Positions 11,053 through 20,842 are shown, numbered from the stretch's first letter. The stretch is 64,000 nt of DNA from Cyanophora paradoxa CCMP329 (GCA_004431415.1 QPMI01000089.1:124001-188000); one strand, 5' to 3'. Numbers and translations are program-made. The notes: a model not told the origin generated them from the sequence alone.

Positions 11053-11724
11053 ATGCCACCCAAGAACTCGCGGAAAGCGATCCAAATGGAAGATCAAAGC
11101 GCTGTTGTCGCTGGCAAGATTAATCCTGCGGAGGATGCCGGTCGCACTGGTGGTGCTGCCGCTTCTGACCAAATAGATTTCGATCTGATTGACCCGAATA
11201 CAAAGGTTTCAGAGCGTGCTCAAAAGGCGGATGCTAAGCGGGAGCCGGTCGATTCCACTGATAGAAAGCTGGCGGATCAATCCCTCGCTGAATCACAGCT
11301 CACAGGCGAAAAGCTTACTGATAACAAGGTGGTAAAAGCCGAAGCAACAGCCGCTTTACCTGCCTCTATGGAAGCCCCTAAAAAGCGGGCATCTGTCTAT
11401 GTGACCAAGGGCGAGAAAGTCGGTCAGGAATTAGAGGAGAAGTTTAGGGCGCTCGAAGCGCGACTGGCTACATACGACACTACTGTGCGAGCCTTTGATG
11501 ATTTCACTAAGGAATACAAACAGCGCAAGCTGATTAAACAAGCTGTTCGCGTGGAAATGGAAAAGAAGCGGGCAACTGTTCCCGATGTTCAGACAGTCGA
11601 AAGAAAAGAGACAGTCATAGCTGAAAATGCACCAAAGCCGGGCGGTTTCGTTAACCCATCGGGTGTGCATGCACAGCCGGGTGCCAATCTGTCATCTATG
11701 TTTGGTGGGCGTCGTCGCTTCTAA
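11053..11724 (+). CDS. Viral hypothetical coiled-coil protein
   Basis: 223-aa ORF directly after the ATPase, preceded by the ATAAATTTCTC motif also seen before the MCP. Confidence 0.75.
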   Translation: MPPKNSRKAIQMEDQSAVVAGKINPAEDAGRTGGAAASDQIDFDLIDPNTKVSERAQKADAKREPVDSTDRKLADQSLAESQLTGEKLTDNKVVKAEATAALPASMEAPKKRASVYVTKGEKVGQELEEKFRALEARLATYDTTVRAFDDFTKEYKQRKLIKQAVRVEMEKKRATVPDVQTVERKETVIAENAPKPGGFVNPSGVHAQPGANLSSMFGGRRRF

Positions 11725-11875
11725 TGTGTAGGTCGTTCAAACATAAATGAATCCGCCCGTATTTAGAGCGGGTCTTAATATGAATTCCCTTGCAAAAGGG
11801 ACAGGTCGGCTCCACAAACACCATTATAAGGTCGACTAATTCGTATGGGAACACACGAGCAAGTAACACCCTCAT
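11696..11875 (-). CDS. 59-aa microprotein with F-box-like N-terminus and CxxC
   Basis: Manual translation MRVLLARVFPYELVDLIMVFVEPTCPFCKGIHIKTRSKYGRIHLCLNDLHIRSDDAHQT. It lies below the ORF-track cut-off and has an AT-rich leader. Confidence 0.45.
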   Translation of the reverse strand: MRVLLARVFPYELVDLIMVFVEPTCPFCKGIHIKTRSKYGRIHLCLNDLHIRSDDAHQT

Positions 11876-11924
11876 TCCCTTTTATTTTCTCCAATATTTA
11901 ATACGTTGTGCAATATTAGGATCT

Positions 11925-12272
11925 ATGAATTTCATCACACAATGTATTGAGATGTTTCACCTACATTTCATATCTCACTGTAAGTCCGGATGCTGCGACA
12001 CAACCGTAGAGTTTGACATTTCGGACGAGGATAATGGAGGTAGGCGACTATCTGTATATTCCAACCACAGCGAAAATCACGATCGCCCTCGATCTCGATC
12101 GCCCTCGCCTGTGCCCGCTGACTCCAATATAATTCCACAGACAGCAATAGAAGACGTGCAAGTATCCTATATAAGACGCCGGTCGTGCCCTAATTCCGTG
12201 GAAGGTCATTTTCGCGTTGATTCCCCATATCCGCCAATAAATCCGCTTTATTTGGGCGAATACGATCGCTGA
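11925..12272 (+). CDS. Viral hypothetical protein (His/Cys N-terminus, RS/SP-rich)
   Basis: First ATG at 11925 after an AT-rich leader. Contains HCKSGCC and RPRSRSPSP. Confidence 0.55.
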   Translation: MNFITQCIEMFHLHFISHCKSGCCDTTVEFDISDEDNGGRRLSVYSNHSENHDRPRSRSPSPVPADSNIIPQTAIEDVQVSYIRRRSCPNSVEGHFRVDSPYPPINPLYLGEYDR

Positions 12273-12299
12273 AACTATTTTCGCGTTAAATAGTATCGA

Positions 12300-12440
12300 A
12301 TGCCCGACCCTGATCTCTACGCGATCCTATACAGGAAACGCGCGCAATATGCACTGGAAGCCGCTATTAAAAAACGTAGAGAAGAGCTCGCTTCGATCAC
12401 AAAAAATGACAGCTCAGAAAATGATTTAAAGAAGAAATAG
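12300..12440 (+). CDS. Possible 46-aa basic microprotein
   Basis: Manual translation MPDPDLYAILYRKRAQYALEAAIKKRREELAS...KKK. It fills the gap between neighbours but overlaps the next promoter motif. Confidence 0.3.
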   Translation: MPDPDLYAILYRKRAQYALEAAIKKRREELASITKNDSSENDLKKK

Positions 12441-12455
12441 AAAATACGACTGATA

Positions 12456-12480
12456 AAATATTTTCTCCGCTTATAGTAAG
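12456..12480 (+). promoter_or_regulatory. Conserved viral promoter motif AAATATTTTCTC.GCTTA.AGTAA (also ~12898-12922 and ~20809-20834; degenerate at ~17150-17170)
   Basis: Near-identical motif ends about 10 nt upstream of three ATGs, each with AAAAATGA and GATTTAA(A/G)GA further upstream. Confidence 0.75.
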
Positions 12481-12490
12481 GAACGCGAAA

Positions 12491-12721
12491 ATGACCGCCA
12501 TCGCTGCTGTAAATATTGAGGCAAAGCTTGTCACTGAGGACATGAAGAAAGGCGACGGACTTAATTATCGGATCCGTGAAATCATCAAAATGCGGAATCG
12601 GTATAACGAGGATCCCGAATATCGCGAATTCAAGAAGAAGATGGCTTTGGAATCGTATTATCGTCGCAAAGCCGAGGAGGGAAGCCATATGGGAAAGCGG
12701 GGGCGCCCCCGTAAGTATTAG
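12491..12721 (+). CDS. Small basic DNA-binding protein with C-terminal AT-hook
   Basis: Ends in KRGRPRKY (AT-hook core RGRP) and is preceded by the conserved viral promoter motif. Confidence 0.75.
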   Translation: MTAIAAVNIEAKLVTEDMKKGDGLNYRIREIIKMRNRYNEDPEYREFKKKMALESYYRRKAEEGSHMGKRGRPRKY

Positions 12722-12931
12722 GAAACGCAAACTCTCGATTGCCGCTGAGCCTATTCCTTATTTTTCGAGCGGCTTTCCGATGCAAATCGGGAAGCTCCTT
12801 ACCATACTATCGGTTGCCCGATCGCAATCGATTTTATCATCGGGAAAAAAACTGTAAAGGGATTTAAGGATAATGCGCAAAAAATGAACAACCTGAAAAA
12901 TATTTTCTCCGCTTAGAGTAAAACAGAGAAG

Positions 12932-15553
12932 ATGGACGCTATCACGAAATTCGCATTCTCTAGTGTCAAGGGCACCTTTCTGAAATGTCTGACTGGTTCT
13001 CGCAATACGTCTAATTTGGTTGAGTTAACCGATGATGAGATTATTGATCGCATCAATAGCTCAAAGAAACGAGACAATATGACCTATCCTACATGGGCGG
13101 AATGCATACAACCTGATCAAGTGACTCGTGTTTATCTGGATCTGGACAAGTTCGTTGATCTGAAACCTGATGTAGCCGACAACTACAAGGAAGCCGAAGA
13201 GATCATCAGGGAAATGCGCAAGAAATTGCAAACCCTGTCGGGATCTACAATTGCCGTCGCTGTTCGCCATCGCCGGGTTCATTTAATCAAAGAGAATGTC
13301 ACTAAGTTCAAGATTTCCGGGCATTTCGTATTTACCGATCTTGTCTGCCGCCACGAAGACATTCCAAAGCTTTTTAAAGCGATGGGTCTCATCAAAAATG
13401 TGGAATTCGATAGTGGTGTTTATGGAACTACTCAAAACCTGATCTGCCTCCGTTGCTGCAAAGGCGAAGCTTTGGACGCTCAAAGCAAATCAAAGCACGA
13501 TGTCGATAAGAATGTGGTGTTCACTAAGTTCATTGATTGCGAAAAAGAGGGCATGCACGATGGCTTTTTCCTGGTGCAATGTTTCGATCGCCCCACCAAG
13601 TGGGTGGAAGTAGACACCATGTCAGCCTTTGCGGTCGATAAACCAAAGGAAGCTACAAAGCCTGAGGAACCTAAGCAAACGGTGGCGCCCAAGTCTGTTA
13701 AGGACAAGCCCTGTAAAGAACCTGTGAAGAAGAAGGAGGAGATGTTGGAGGATCTCAAAGAAAATAAGGTTTCGTTTGAGCTGTTGCAAGAAGTCATTAT
13801 GAGCCTCAGTGGAGAGAGAGCCAATGAGTATAAGTCATGGATCGATGTAGGCATTGCCATAATCAATACCTGCGAAGATAACAACATTTCTCGCAAGCAA
13901 CAGGTAGAGCTTTTCCACAAATTCTCGGAGAAAAGCGAAAAATATGAATATGATGACTGTCATGAGAAGTTCATGAGCCTTTGCAAAGGCAAGAAAATGG
14001 TGGAAGGAAAGCGGGTTACATTCGGTTCGATTGTTTACTGGCTGAAAAAGGATAACAGCGACAGTTATAATAAGCTGTTTCCCAAGAAATATTCGTTTCA
14101 GCCTGAGGATTCCGACGATATTGACTACAAGACTGCCCCCATTCCACCTATGGTCGATAGCTTTGAAGTCCATCTGCGATATTTAAATGCGCGACTGCAC
14201 CACATCGAGAGTATTGGCACTGTCATGTATTGGGATGAACAGCTATTATCCTGGCGACCGAAAGATATTACGAAATTGGCGACCAAACATTTTCCCCATC
14301 TGTTTCACAAGGTGATTCTCAATGAGGGGACTGAGAACCAAACCGAAAAGTGGGTAAAAACGTTGTCTGAATGGATAACTGACCCAAGGGCGACACGATC
14401 CACTTACATGGATTTCCTGCCGCCTCCTGCAAAGCTGAGCGCGAAATGCAAGTCTGTGTTTAATCTCTACCCTGGATTCAAGATTGATCATGAAGAATTC
14501 GAGGAGCCGCCCCCCGAGGATGTGACAGAAGAGATGATTCAGCCTTTTCTGACACATCTATATTTAATGTCAGGCGAAGATGATAAGACATTCGATTATC
14601 TTAAAAAGTGGTTTGCCCACATGATGCAAAAGCCGGGGGAACTAAATAACGTGTCCCTCATCTTCCTAGGTCGCCAAGGCGCTGGAAAGAATATGCTCAT
14701 TGATACCTTTGAGAAGAAGATACTCGGTGATGCATTGGCATACTCGACAGCCAAACCAAAGGATGATCTATTCGGGCGATTTGCTCACAACCGGGAGGAT
14801 AAGATTATGATTGTGGTAAATGAAGCTTCTGGAAAGGATACCTTTGAACATAGCGACCTTCTCAAAGATATTGTCACAGCCCCGAAGATTGTAATCGAGC
14901 ACAAGGGAATCGATTCTTATGATAAGAAGAATTTCGCGCGGATCGTTTTCACAAGCAACAATACTGTCCCTGTGAAAATCGAGGCTGATGATCGTCGCTT
15001 TGTCGTTATTGAGGTGAGTGACAAACAGCGCTGTAATAAGGATTATTTCGCTCCGCTTGTTGAGTGGCTGAATGATATGAGAAATATTCGAAATATCGTT
15101 CAGTATCTCAGGACGAAAGTAAATTGCGAGAAAGTCAATTGGAGTCAAGACAGACCGCTTACAAACCGATACTACTTAGTTCAGCAAGCGGCTGCACCTA
15201 TTATCCTGATGTTTGCGAAGTGGCTTGTCGATAGTGAGCGGGTTACAGAGCTGAAAACGAAGCTGGGCGGTCTTGCATCGACATGGGAATTGTTCAAAGA
15301 CTTCATCTCTGAAAACAAATATAAAAACGATTATAATAGCAAGCGGTTCTATACTGAGATGCGCACGACTACATATATTCAAGTGAAAACGACCAATGGA
15401 AAATCTAACTATCATTTCCTGTGGAATGAGATGATGTCTGAATTCCGAAAGTTGAAGCTTATCGATGATGATTCGATTAAAGAAGATGATTCTCCTCAGC
15501 CGCAACCAAAGAAAAGGGGCACCAAATTCGAGGATTCAGATGTGGAAGCCTGA
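12932..15553 (+). CDS. AEP primase - PriCT-2 - SF3 (D5-like) helicase
   Basis: AEP motifs RVYLDLD, SGHFV and FDSGVY. PriCT-2 segment YKSWIDVGIAI...FHKFSEKSEKY. Walker A GRQGAGKN, VVNE, FTSNN and DDRRF. Confidence 0.92.
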   Translation: MDAITKFAFSSVKGTFLKCLTGSRNTSNLVELTDDEIIDRINSSKKRDNMTYPTWAECIQPDQVTRVYLDLDKFVDLKPDVADNYKEAEEIIREMRKKLQTLSGSTIAVAVRHRRVHLIKENVTKFKISGHFVFTDLVCRHEDIPKLFKAMGLIKNVEFDSGVYGTTQNLICLRCCKGEALDAQSKSKHDVDKNVVFTKFIDCEKEGMHDGFFLVQCFDRPTKWVEVDTMSAFAVDKPKEATKPEEPKQTVAPKSVKDKPCKEPVKKKEEMLEDLKENKVSFELLQEVIMSLSGERANEYKSWIDVGIAIINTCEDNNISRKQQVELFHKFSEKSEKYEYDDCHEKFMSLCKGKKMVEGKRVTFGSIVYWLKKDNSDSYNKLFPKKYSFQPEDSDDIDYKTAPIPPMVDSFEVHLRYLNARLHHIESIGTVMYWDEQLLSWRPKDITKLATKHFPHLFHKVILNEGTENQTEKWVKTLSEWITDPRATRSTYMDFLPPPAKLSAKCKSVFNLYPGFKIDHEEFEEPPPEDVTEEMIQPFLTHLYLMSGEDDKTFDYLKKWFAHMMQKPGELNNVSLIFLGRQGAGKNMLIDTFEKKILGDALAYSTAKPKDDLFGRFAHNREDKIMIVVNEASGKDTFEHSDLLKDIVTAPKIVIEHKGIDSYDKKNFARIVFTSNNTVPVKIEADDRRFVVIEVSDKQRCNKDYFAPLVEWLNDMRNIRNIVQYLRTKVNCEKVNWSQDRPLTNRYYLVQQAAAPIILMFAKWLVDSERVTELKTKLGGLASTWELFKDFISENKYKNDYNSKRFYTEMRTTTYIQVKTTNGKSNYHFLWNEMMSEFRKLKLIDDDSIKEDDSPQPQPKKRGTKFEDSDVEA

Positions 15554-15771
15554 CCCCACCCTACACCCCACCTGGTTTCATTCTAACATTGATATATCTT
15601 ATTTTTATAACTTAAAACACATTGAATTCAGTGTAAAGTATAGTTCTTAATACAGGGTGGGGAGGGTGGGGTTGGGTGGGGTCTTTTTTGCCCAAAATTT
15701 TTGGGTGGGAGAATTTTTTATTGGAACTCAAAAAATGCCCCACCTCACCCCACCCTCCCCACCCTATCGAA
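15554..15771. repeat. ~220-bp G/C-tract palindromic unit, copy 1
   Basis: CCCCACCCTACACCCCACC, an AT spacer with ACATTGAA, then AGGGTGGGGAGGGTGGGGTTGGGTGGGGTCTTTTTT pairing with AAAAAATGCCCCACCTCACCCCACCCTCCCCACCCT. Confidence 0.9.
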
Positions 15772-15810
15772 AAACAAAAAAGTCAGCTATTTACCACGTA
15801 TACAATCGGC

Positions 15811-16665
15811 TTACGTTTCTACGGTTATGTTTATATAATCCATCGTGAAGTGTTTTTTGAGTAGTTCAATAGTTTGCTCGACATTAGACGTTTCCCATGT
15901 GAAAACCCTAACCCTATTGCAATTGAGGGATTTTGGTATATCCTTCCTGTTCAATGGGACTCGAAAACCTATGGTAACCTGAACCCCATCGATTGAGCTG
16001 CATTCGGCTAACCTGTCGACGAATTTCTTTCTATCAGCTCTGAACTTCTCAATATCTTCCTCACGGCTTTCTTCCATGGATTCAATGAAGTCTGTTGCCC
16101 ACATCGCGAACTCTCTTAAATTCATTTCTTTCTGAAAGCGTTCAAGCCATTTTTCGTCCCTGAGGCGCCTTTGGTGTTCCTCAAACAACCTCTGGTGTTC
16201 CTCAAACAACCTTATGCGTTCTGCTCTTTGCTCTCTCTCCGCTTCTTCTTCTTTCAGTCGTTCATGCTGTTCTTCGATCCACCTCTGACGTGCAATGAGT
16301 GGGCGACATTTCTTACAGTAGTTGTCTTTGCGGTTCCTGTGACGATCCCCACAGTGCTTACAGACATCACAGCGGAACTCTTTGGGAATAAAGCGTTTTA
16401 TGCAGCAATTTCCGACCACAACAGGGATCTTTTTGGCGACATGCAATATATAACACTGCTCCACTATATCATGCGTGCATGCACATGTAGGGGAATCCCG
16501 AGGGAGATGATGTAGGTCTAAATCGTATTTTTTCAGTTTGGTTGAGAGCAACCCAAGGTTTTTGTTACTTCCTAAGCTTACATAGTCATGGAAATCATCA
16601 GAGCCACACAGGTCGCGCAAGGCTTCCTTTAAGCGCTCCAAATATGACATCGGTTTCGCCGCCAT
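15811..16665 (-). CDS. Cys-rich Zn-binding protein with coiled coil (giant-virus-like hypothetical)
   Basis: CACTHDIVEQCYI...VGNCCIKRF plus CxxCxxC...CxxC, and an RLFEEHQ repeat. Confidence 0.75.
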   Translation of the reverse strand: MAAKPMSYLERLKEALRDLCGSDDFHDYVSLGSNKNLGLLSTKLKKYDLDLHHLPRDSPTCACTHDIVEQCYILHVAKKIPVVVGNCCIKRFIPKEFRCDVCKHCGDRHRNRKDNYCKKCRPLIARQRWIEEQHERLKEEEAEREQRAERIRLFEEHQRLFEEHQRRLRDEKWLERFQKEMNLREFAMWATDFIESMEESREEDIEKFRADRKKFVDRLAECSSIDGVQVTIGFRVPLNRKDIPKSLNCNRVRVFTWETSNVEQTIELLKKHFTMDYINITVET

Positions 16666-16811
16666 GCTCTTTACAATAACAGACGGAAAACGTTTTTCAT
16701 GTCATTTTTTGAGTTCTCTTTAAATGATTTCCGACATTCGGCATCGGATGAATCACTCCCGATGCAAAAATTGATGTGATTTTAAAAGAGCCTCTAAAAA
16801 TAGTTATAACA

Positions 16812-17129
16812 ATGGGTAAGAAAAGCAAAAGCAAACGTCAGCGTAGCACGATAGTTGGCGCAACAAGTGGGCGCCCGGTTGTATCTATGATAGATGCAAA
16901 TGTTGGCGAGTTGAAATTAACACCATTCCAACAAGCCATAGCCCAATCAATGTATAAACGAACAGGAACGGGCAACTGTTGTATGATCTGTGGAGATACG
17001 GAAAAACTCATACCAATATCACAAGGTTTTCATTGTGAATTCTGCTATAATTTTCAGAGAAGGGGAGCATCCTCATTTGATGTCGACATTTCGAATCCGG
17101 TAAGTTGGATTCAGTTTATGCGAATGTAA
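16812..17129 (+). CDS. Small Zn-finger protein
   Basis: CMICGD...HCEFC. ATG 16812 lies downstream of AAAAATTGA. Confidence 0.65.
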   Translation: MGKKSKSKRQRSTIVGATSGRPVVSMIDANVGELKLTPFQQAIAQSMYKRTGTGNCCMICGDTEKLIPISQGFHCEFCYNFQRRGASSFDVDISNPVSWIQFMRM

Positions 17130-17172
17130 CGCGTCCTTTCTCGAAAATTAAAATGTTCCCTTAGAGTAAAAG

Positions 17173-20100
17173 ATGCCCCGCCAAACTAATCGCCTTATAA
17201 AAGAGAAAAAGGACGAAATATTAGGCTTGTTAGGTAGTCTTTTAGTCACTGGCGAGATCACCGAAGCCGAATATGATCGGAGGGCGGCGCTCTTAGATCG
17301 AAAACCCCGCTTAGCTAACCTTGTGAATATTGCCGACGAGCTCTATAATCGCCTGGAAAATGTGGAGCGCTTCTATACCGAAGGGCGGCGCTTAGCCGTC
17401 ATAGAACCTGATGAGGAAGACGGTTTCGCAATGAATAAAGCATACGCCTGGTATAGCTATAAGGCGGATGAACAGATAATCTTAGATCCGGTGGAATTTC
17501 TCACTACCATCGCTGCAAATCTGCCTGGGCGGCTGAAAGAGAGGCTGGACGAACTGAAAGCTATTAAGGTGCGCCTTACTTTCATCTGCCGATACGTTAA
17601 AGTGAGTGATCCTAACGTTTTTATCACCAAACACATTTACAGCGATTATTTCGTAATCACAAGGTCGCGCAATATTCTCACTGAGTTAGTGGGTGTAGCT
17701 CAGCAAATGAATGAACAGATGATACAGGTCGACAGCTACCGGCTCAGTAAATTAGATAAGCTACATGTCGCCGTTTTGTCATATGCGCCGGTGGGCGGCT
17801 GCTACATTGAGACCCCCGAATGGATTGGATTAAAGCGAGCCACAGTAAATATTAAGAATATCGATGGTCACGACTGTTTTAATTACGCTATCCTCGCATG
17901 GCTGCACAGAAACGACATAAACAGACACAAACGTAATGATCCGTTCCAATATAGGCGGTGGATGACTGAGCTGGACTTCTCAGGCATTAATTTCCCGGTG
18001 GCTTGCGATGCTGCATTAATAGATCGTTTCGAGGACAATAATCCCGAGCTGTCAATTAATATATATGGCGCCGACAATGCGACCCAAACCTTTTATCCAC
18101 TGCACATGTCAAGTAATCCGCGTCGTAAATCGAAGGTAAACCTGCTGCTGATCGAGGACGCAAACGGACAGGGTCACTATATTACGATTATGTCACTGAG
18201 CCGCCTATTAAAGACCACCTTTGATAAAGCAAACGACGGGCGCATTTTCTACTGCGAAACCTGTTTGTCCCGGTTTAGATCACAGGAGAAACTCGATAGC
18301 CACACCGACTCTAATCGCTGTATCGATTGGAGAATGAGTAAAGGTAAATGCCCCGAACCCGGAAGCTTTATTACTTTCGGACTGCAACACCTAAGGAAAA
18401 TGGTGTGGCTGCCCACTGTCTGCTACTGCAAGGTAGAGATGGAGTCGGTGCCGGTTCTTAATGAACCAAACCGAAGCAAGCGAGAGGTAAAGTCGGTGGC
18501 ACTTAATGTAGTTATGGGCTCGCATGTTGAAAATCACGAATTCGAGGGCGTGGATCCGCTGGGTCAGATGTTTACTACGTTAGGGGATCTGTGCCGCGAG
18601 ATGCTTAATACCCTATTTACCAACACGCCTATGATCCCGCTCACAGAGGCGCAAAAGCAAGCCTATAAGCTCACCAAGCACTGCTATATATGCAATCAGC
18701 GATTTACCCACGAAAACTTCCCTGTGCGCGATCACTGTCACCAAAGCGGCGATTATATAGGGAAAGCTTGCCGAAAATGCAATTTACACAGGAGGATCTC
18801 AAAGCAAACGAAAGTAGCCGTGGTCATTGATCGGATGGACGAGTGCGGGCATGCTATATTCAGGAAAATCGCACAGCAAGACGATAAGCTGCGGGTCGAG
18901 ATCCTAAGTAAGAATTTCGACGAGTATCTCTCTTTACAGTGGGGACTTTACAAGTTTATAGACGCCTCGAATTTCATGGATTTTCAGGCGTCCGATGTTA
19001 ATGATCTCATGGTAAAATTCGGTAAATTCAGTATGCTCGCACATGAGCAATACGGTCTGGATCCCACGCATTATGTGAGCGCACCGGGACTATCGTGGGA
19101 CGCGATGTTAAAGCATACGAGGGTCGCAATTGAACAGATCAGCGATGCGGATCAATACGAATTTATTGAGCGGGCAATTAGGGGCGGCTTTGCGACCATG
19201 CCCACACGATATGCCGAGGCTAATAGCGAGGATAAACATATAGTGCTATTGGATGCGAATAATCTATATGGCTATGCGCTCAGTCAGCCTTTACCGGTCG
19301 GGGACTATCGCTGGGACGACACAAGCACAGCTTTTACCGAGGTTGTAGGGCGGAGTGCATTTATAGAGGTCGACCTTGCATATCCGGACTATTTAAAGGG
19401 CGACCATCGCGATTTCCCGCTGATCGTGAGTAAAGAGGTAATTACTGTGGACATGCTCGGGAAATATCAGCGTGGGCTTTTGGAGATTAGCGGCGAGAAG
19501 CTCAGTAAAGATCCGAAGCTGATCGCCTCGTTTACTCCGAAATATAATTACGTGGTCTCTCAGCCGATGCTGCTCTATATGGTGCGGAAAGGCATCGTAG
19601 TTACTAAGATTCACCGCGTGCTCTCGTTTGCAACCGCCGCATTTATGAAGCCCTATATAGATCTGAACACGAAACTGCGAAAGGAAGCCCGGAATAAATT
19701 CGAGAGCGACTTTTTTAAATTGATGAACAATGCTATTTACGGTAAATGCCTGGAATCGTGTCGCGGGCGCTCAGTGGTAAAGATCGCGAACAGCACGAAG
19801 CTGTTTAAGAAATATGCGGCGAGCCCATTGGTAAAAGCGACGAATGTATTAAACGAGACTGCGGTCGCCTTTGAAATGTATAGTAAACACGTAAAACTCG
19901 ATAAACCGGTTGCGATTGGCGCTTATGTGCTGGATGCCGCGAAGCTACATAATTATAGCTTCTTTTACGACGTGATCCGACCCACCTGGTCGCAAGCTCA
20001 GCTGCTGTTCCACGATACCGACTCGTTCTGTCTGTATATAGAGAGCGCGGATCTGGAAGCGGGCATGCGAGCGATCAGCCCTTATTTAGATTGCCCTTAT

Positions 20101-20436
20101 AGTCCCGAGAACCGGATGGTTCCCGGTAAATATAAAAATGAGATGCCGGACGTCAAGATAGTGGAGTATGTGGGACTGCGACCGAAGCTATATGCTTTCC
20201 GCACCGAGAGCTACGACAAGGTAAAAATGAGCGGGACAGCCTCGAAAGAGGTGCATTTCGACGACTTTAAGCGCTGCCTATTTGACGGGATCACAAAAAC
20301 AGTAACAGTAGTAAACAAGCAACGGCGATGCCACCACTTATATGATTTGGAGAGCAAGCGGATAGCGCTGACCCAATTCGATGGCAAGCGCTGCATATCA
20401 GGCGACGGCATACATAGCCTTCCATTCGGCTGTTAG
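17173..20436 (+). CDS. polB: Family B DNA polymerase, Polinton/Maverick (protein-primed) type, with endonuclease VII-like Zn insert
   Basis: LLDANNLYGYA (motif A), FFKLMNNAIYGK (B), HDTDS (C) and YVGLRPKLYA. Also CYIC...VRDHCH..G.Y.GKAC..CN and YGLDP.HY.SAPGLSWDAMLK. Confidence 0.95.
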   Translation: MPRQTNRLIKEKKDEILGLLGSLLVTGEITEAEYDRRAALLDRKPRLANLVNIADELYNRLENVERFYTEGRRLAVIEPDEEDGFAMNKAYAWYSYKADEQIILDPVEFLTTIAANLPGRLKERLDELKAIKVRLTFICRYVKVSDPNVFITKHIYSDYFVITRSRNILTELVGVAQQMNEQMIQVDSYRLSKLDKLHVAVLSYAPVGGCYIETPEWIGLKRATVNIKNIDGHDCFNYAILAWLHRNDINRHKRNDPFQYRRWMTELDFSGINFPVACDAALIDRFEDNNPELSINIYGADNATQTFYPLHMSSNPRRKSKVNLLLIEDANGQGHYITIMSLSRLLKTTFDKANDGRIFYCETCLSRFRSQEKLDSHTDSNRCIDWRMSKGKCPEPGSFITFGLQHLRKMVWLPTVCYCKVEMESVPVLNEPNRSKREVKSVALNVVMGSHVENHEFEGVDPLGQMFTTLGDLCREMLNTLFTNTPMIPLTEAQKQAYKLTKHCYICNQRFTHENFPVRDHCHQSGDYIGKACRKCNLHRRISKQTKVAVVIDRMDECGHAIFRKIAQQDDKLRVEILSKNFDEYLSLQWGLYKFIDASNFMDFQASDVNDLMVKFGKFSMLAHEQYGLDPTHYVSAPGLSWDAMLKHTRVAIEQISDADQYEFIERAIRGGFATMPTRYAEANSEDKHIVLLDANNLYGYALSQPLPVGDYRWDDTSTAFTEVVGRSAFIEVDLAYPDYLKGDHRDFPLIVSKEVITVDMLGKYQRGLLEISGEKLSKDPKLIASFTPKYNYVVSQPMLLYMVRKGIVVTKIHRVLSFATAAFMKPYIDLNTKLRKEARNKFESDFFKLMNNAIYGKCLESCRGRSVVKIANSTKLFKKYAASPLVKATNVLNETAVAFEMYSKHVKLDKPVAIGAYVLDAAKLHNYSFFYDVIRPTWSQAQLLFHDTDSFCLYIESADLEAGMRAISPYLDCPYSPENRMVPGKYKNEMPDVKIVEYVGLRPKLYAFRTESYDKVKMSGTASKEVHFDDFKRCLFDGITKTVTVVNKQRRCHHLYDLESKRIALTQFDGKRCISGDGIHSLPFGC

Positions 20437-20597
20437 TCGTCTATCTTATCGTGCGTTCTTTTTCTTGGTTTGCGCTCTAATTGAAGGAGCTGTCGCCTTA
20501 GGATATGGAGAAGCCATATGCACTTTAATCCGGGGTCGTCCGGGTCGATTAGGAAGTAATTAGGGATCGGGTGCGCGTCCCATATCGGGGCGTTCAT
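20433..20597 (-). CDS. Possible 54-aa microprotein
   Basis: Manual translation MNAPIWDAHPIPNYFLIDPDDPGLKCIWLLHILRRQLLQLERKPRKRTHDKIDD. Its stop overlaps the polB stop (TTAG). Confidence 0.35.
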   Translation of the reverse strand: MNAPIWDAHPIPNYFLIDPDDPGLKCIWLLHILRRQLLQLERKPRKRTHDKIDD

Positions 20598-20842
20598 TTT
20601 ACTGTTTACTGCACGTTTTTATTGCGCGTTTTGCGGTGTTTATTGTCACGATTTTCATTAATTATTAAAATCTTGACAATAAACGCTCAGGTAAACTGAT
20701 TTTATTGACAGTAAACGTGAGAGTCTCACCACGATTGCTGTAAAAAATGAAAGCCCCGTGGGCAACGCAAAATGATTTAAGGAGAACGCGCTACATTTAG
20801 GCAACAGGAAAATATTTTCTCAGCTTAAAGTAAAAGGCGACA

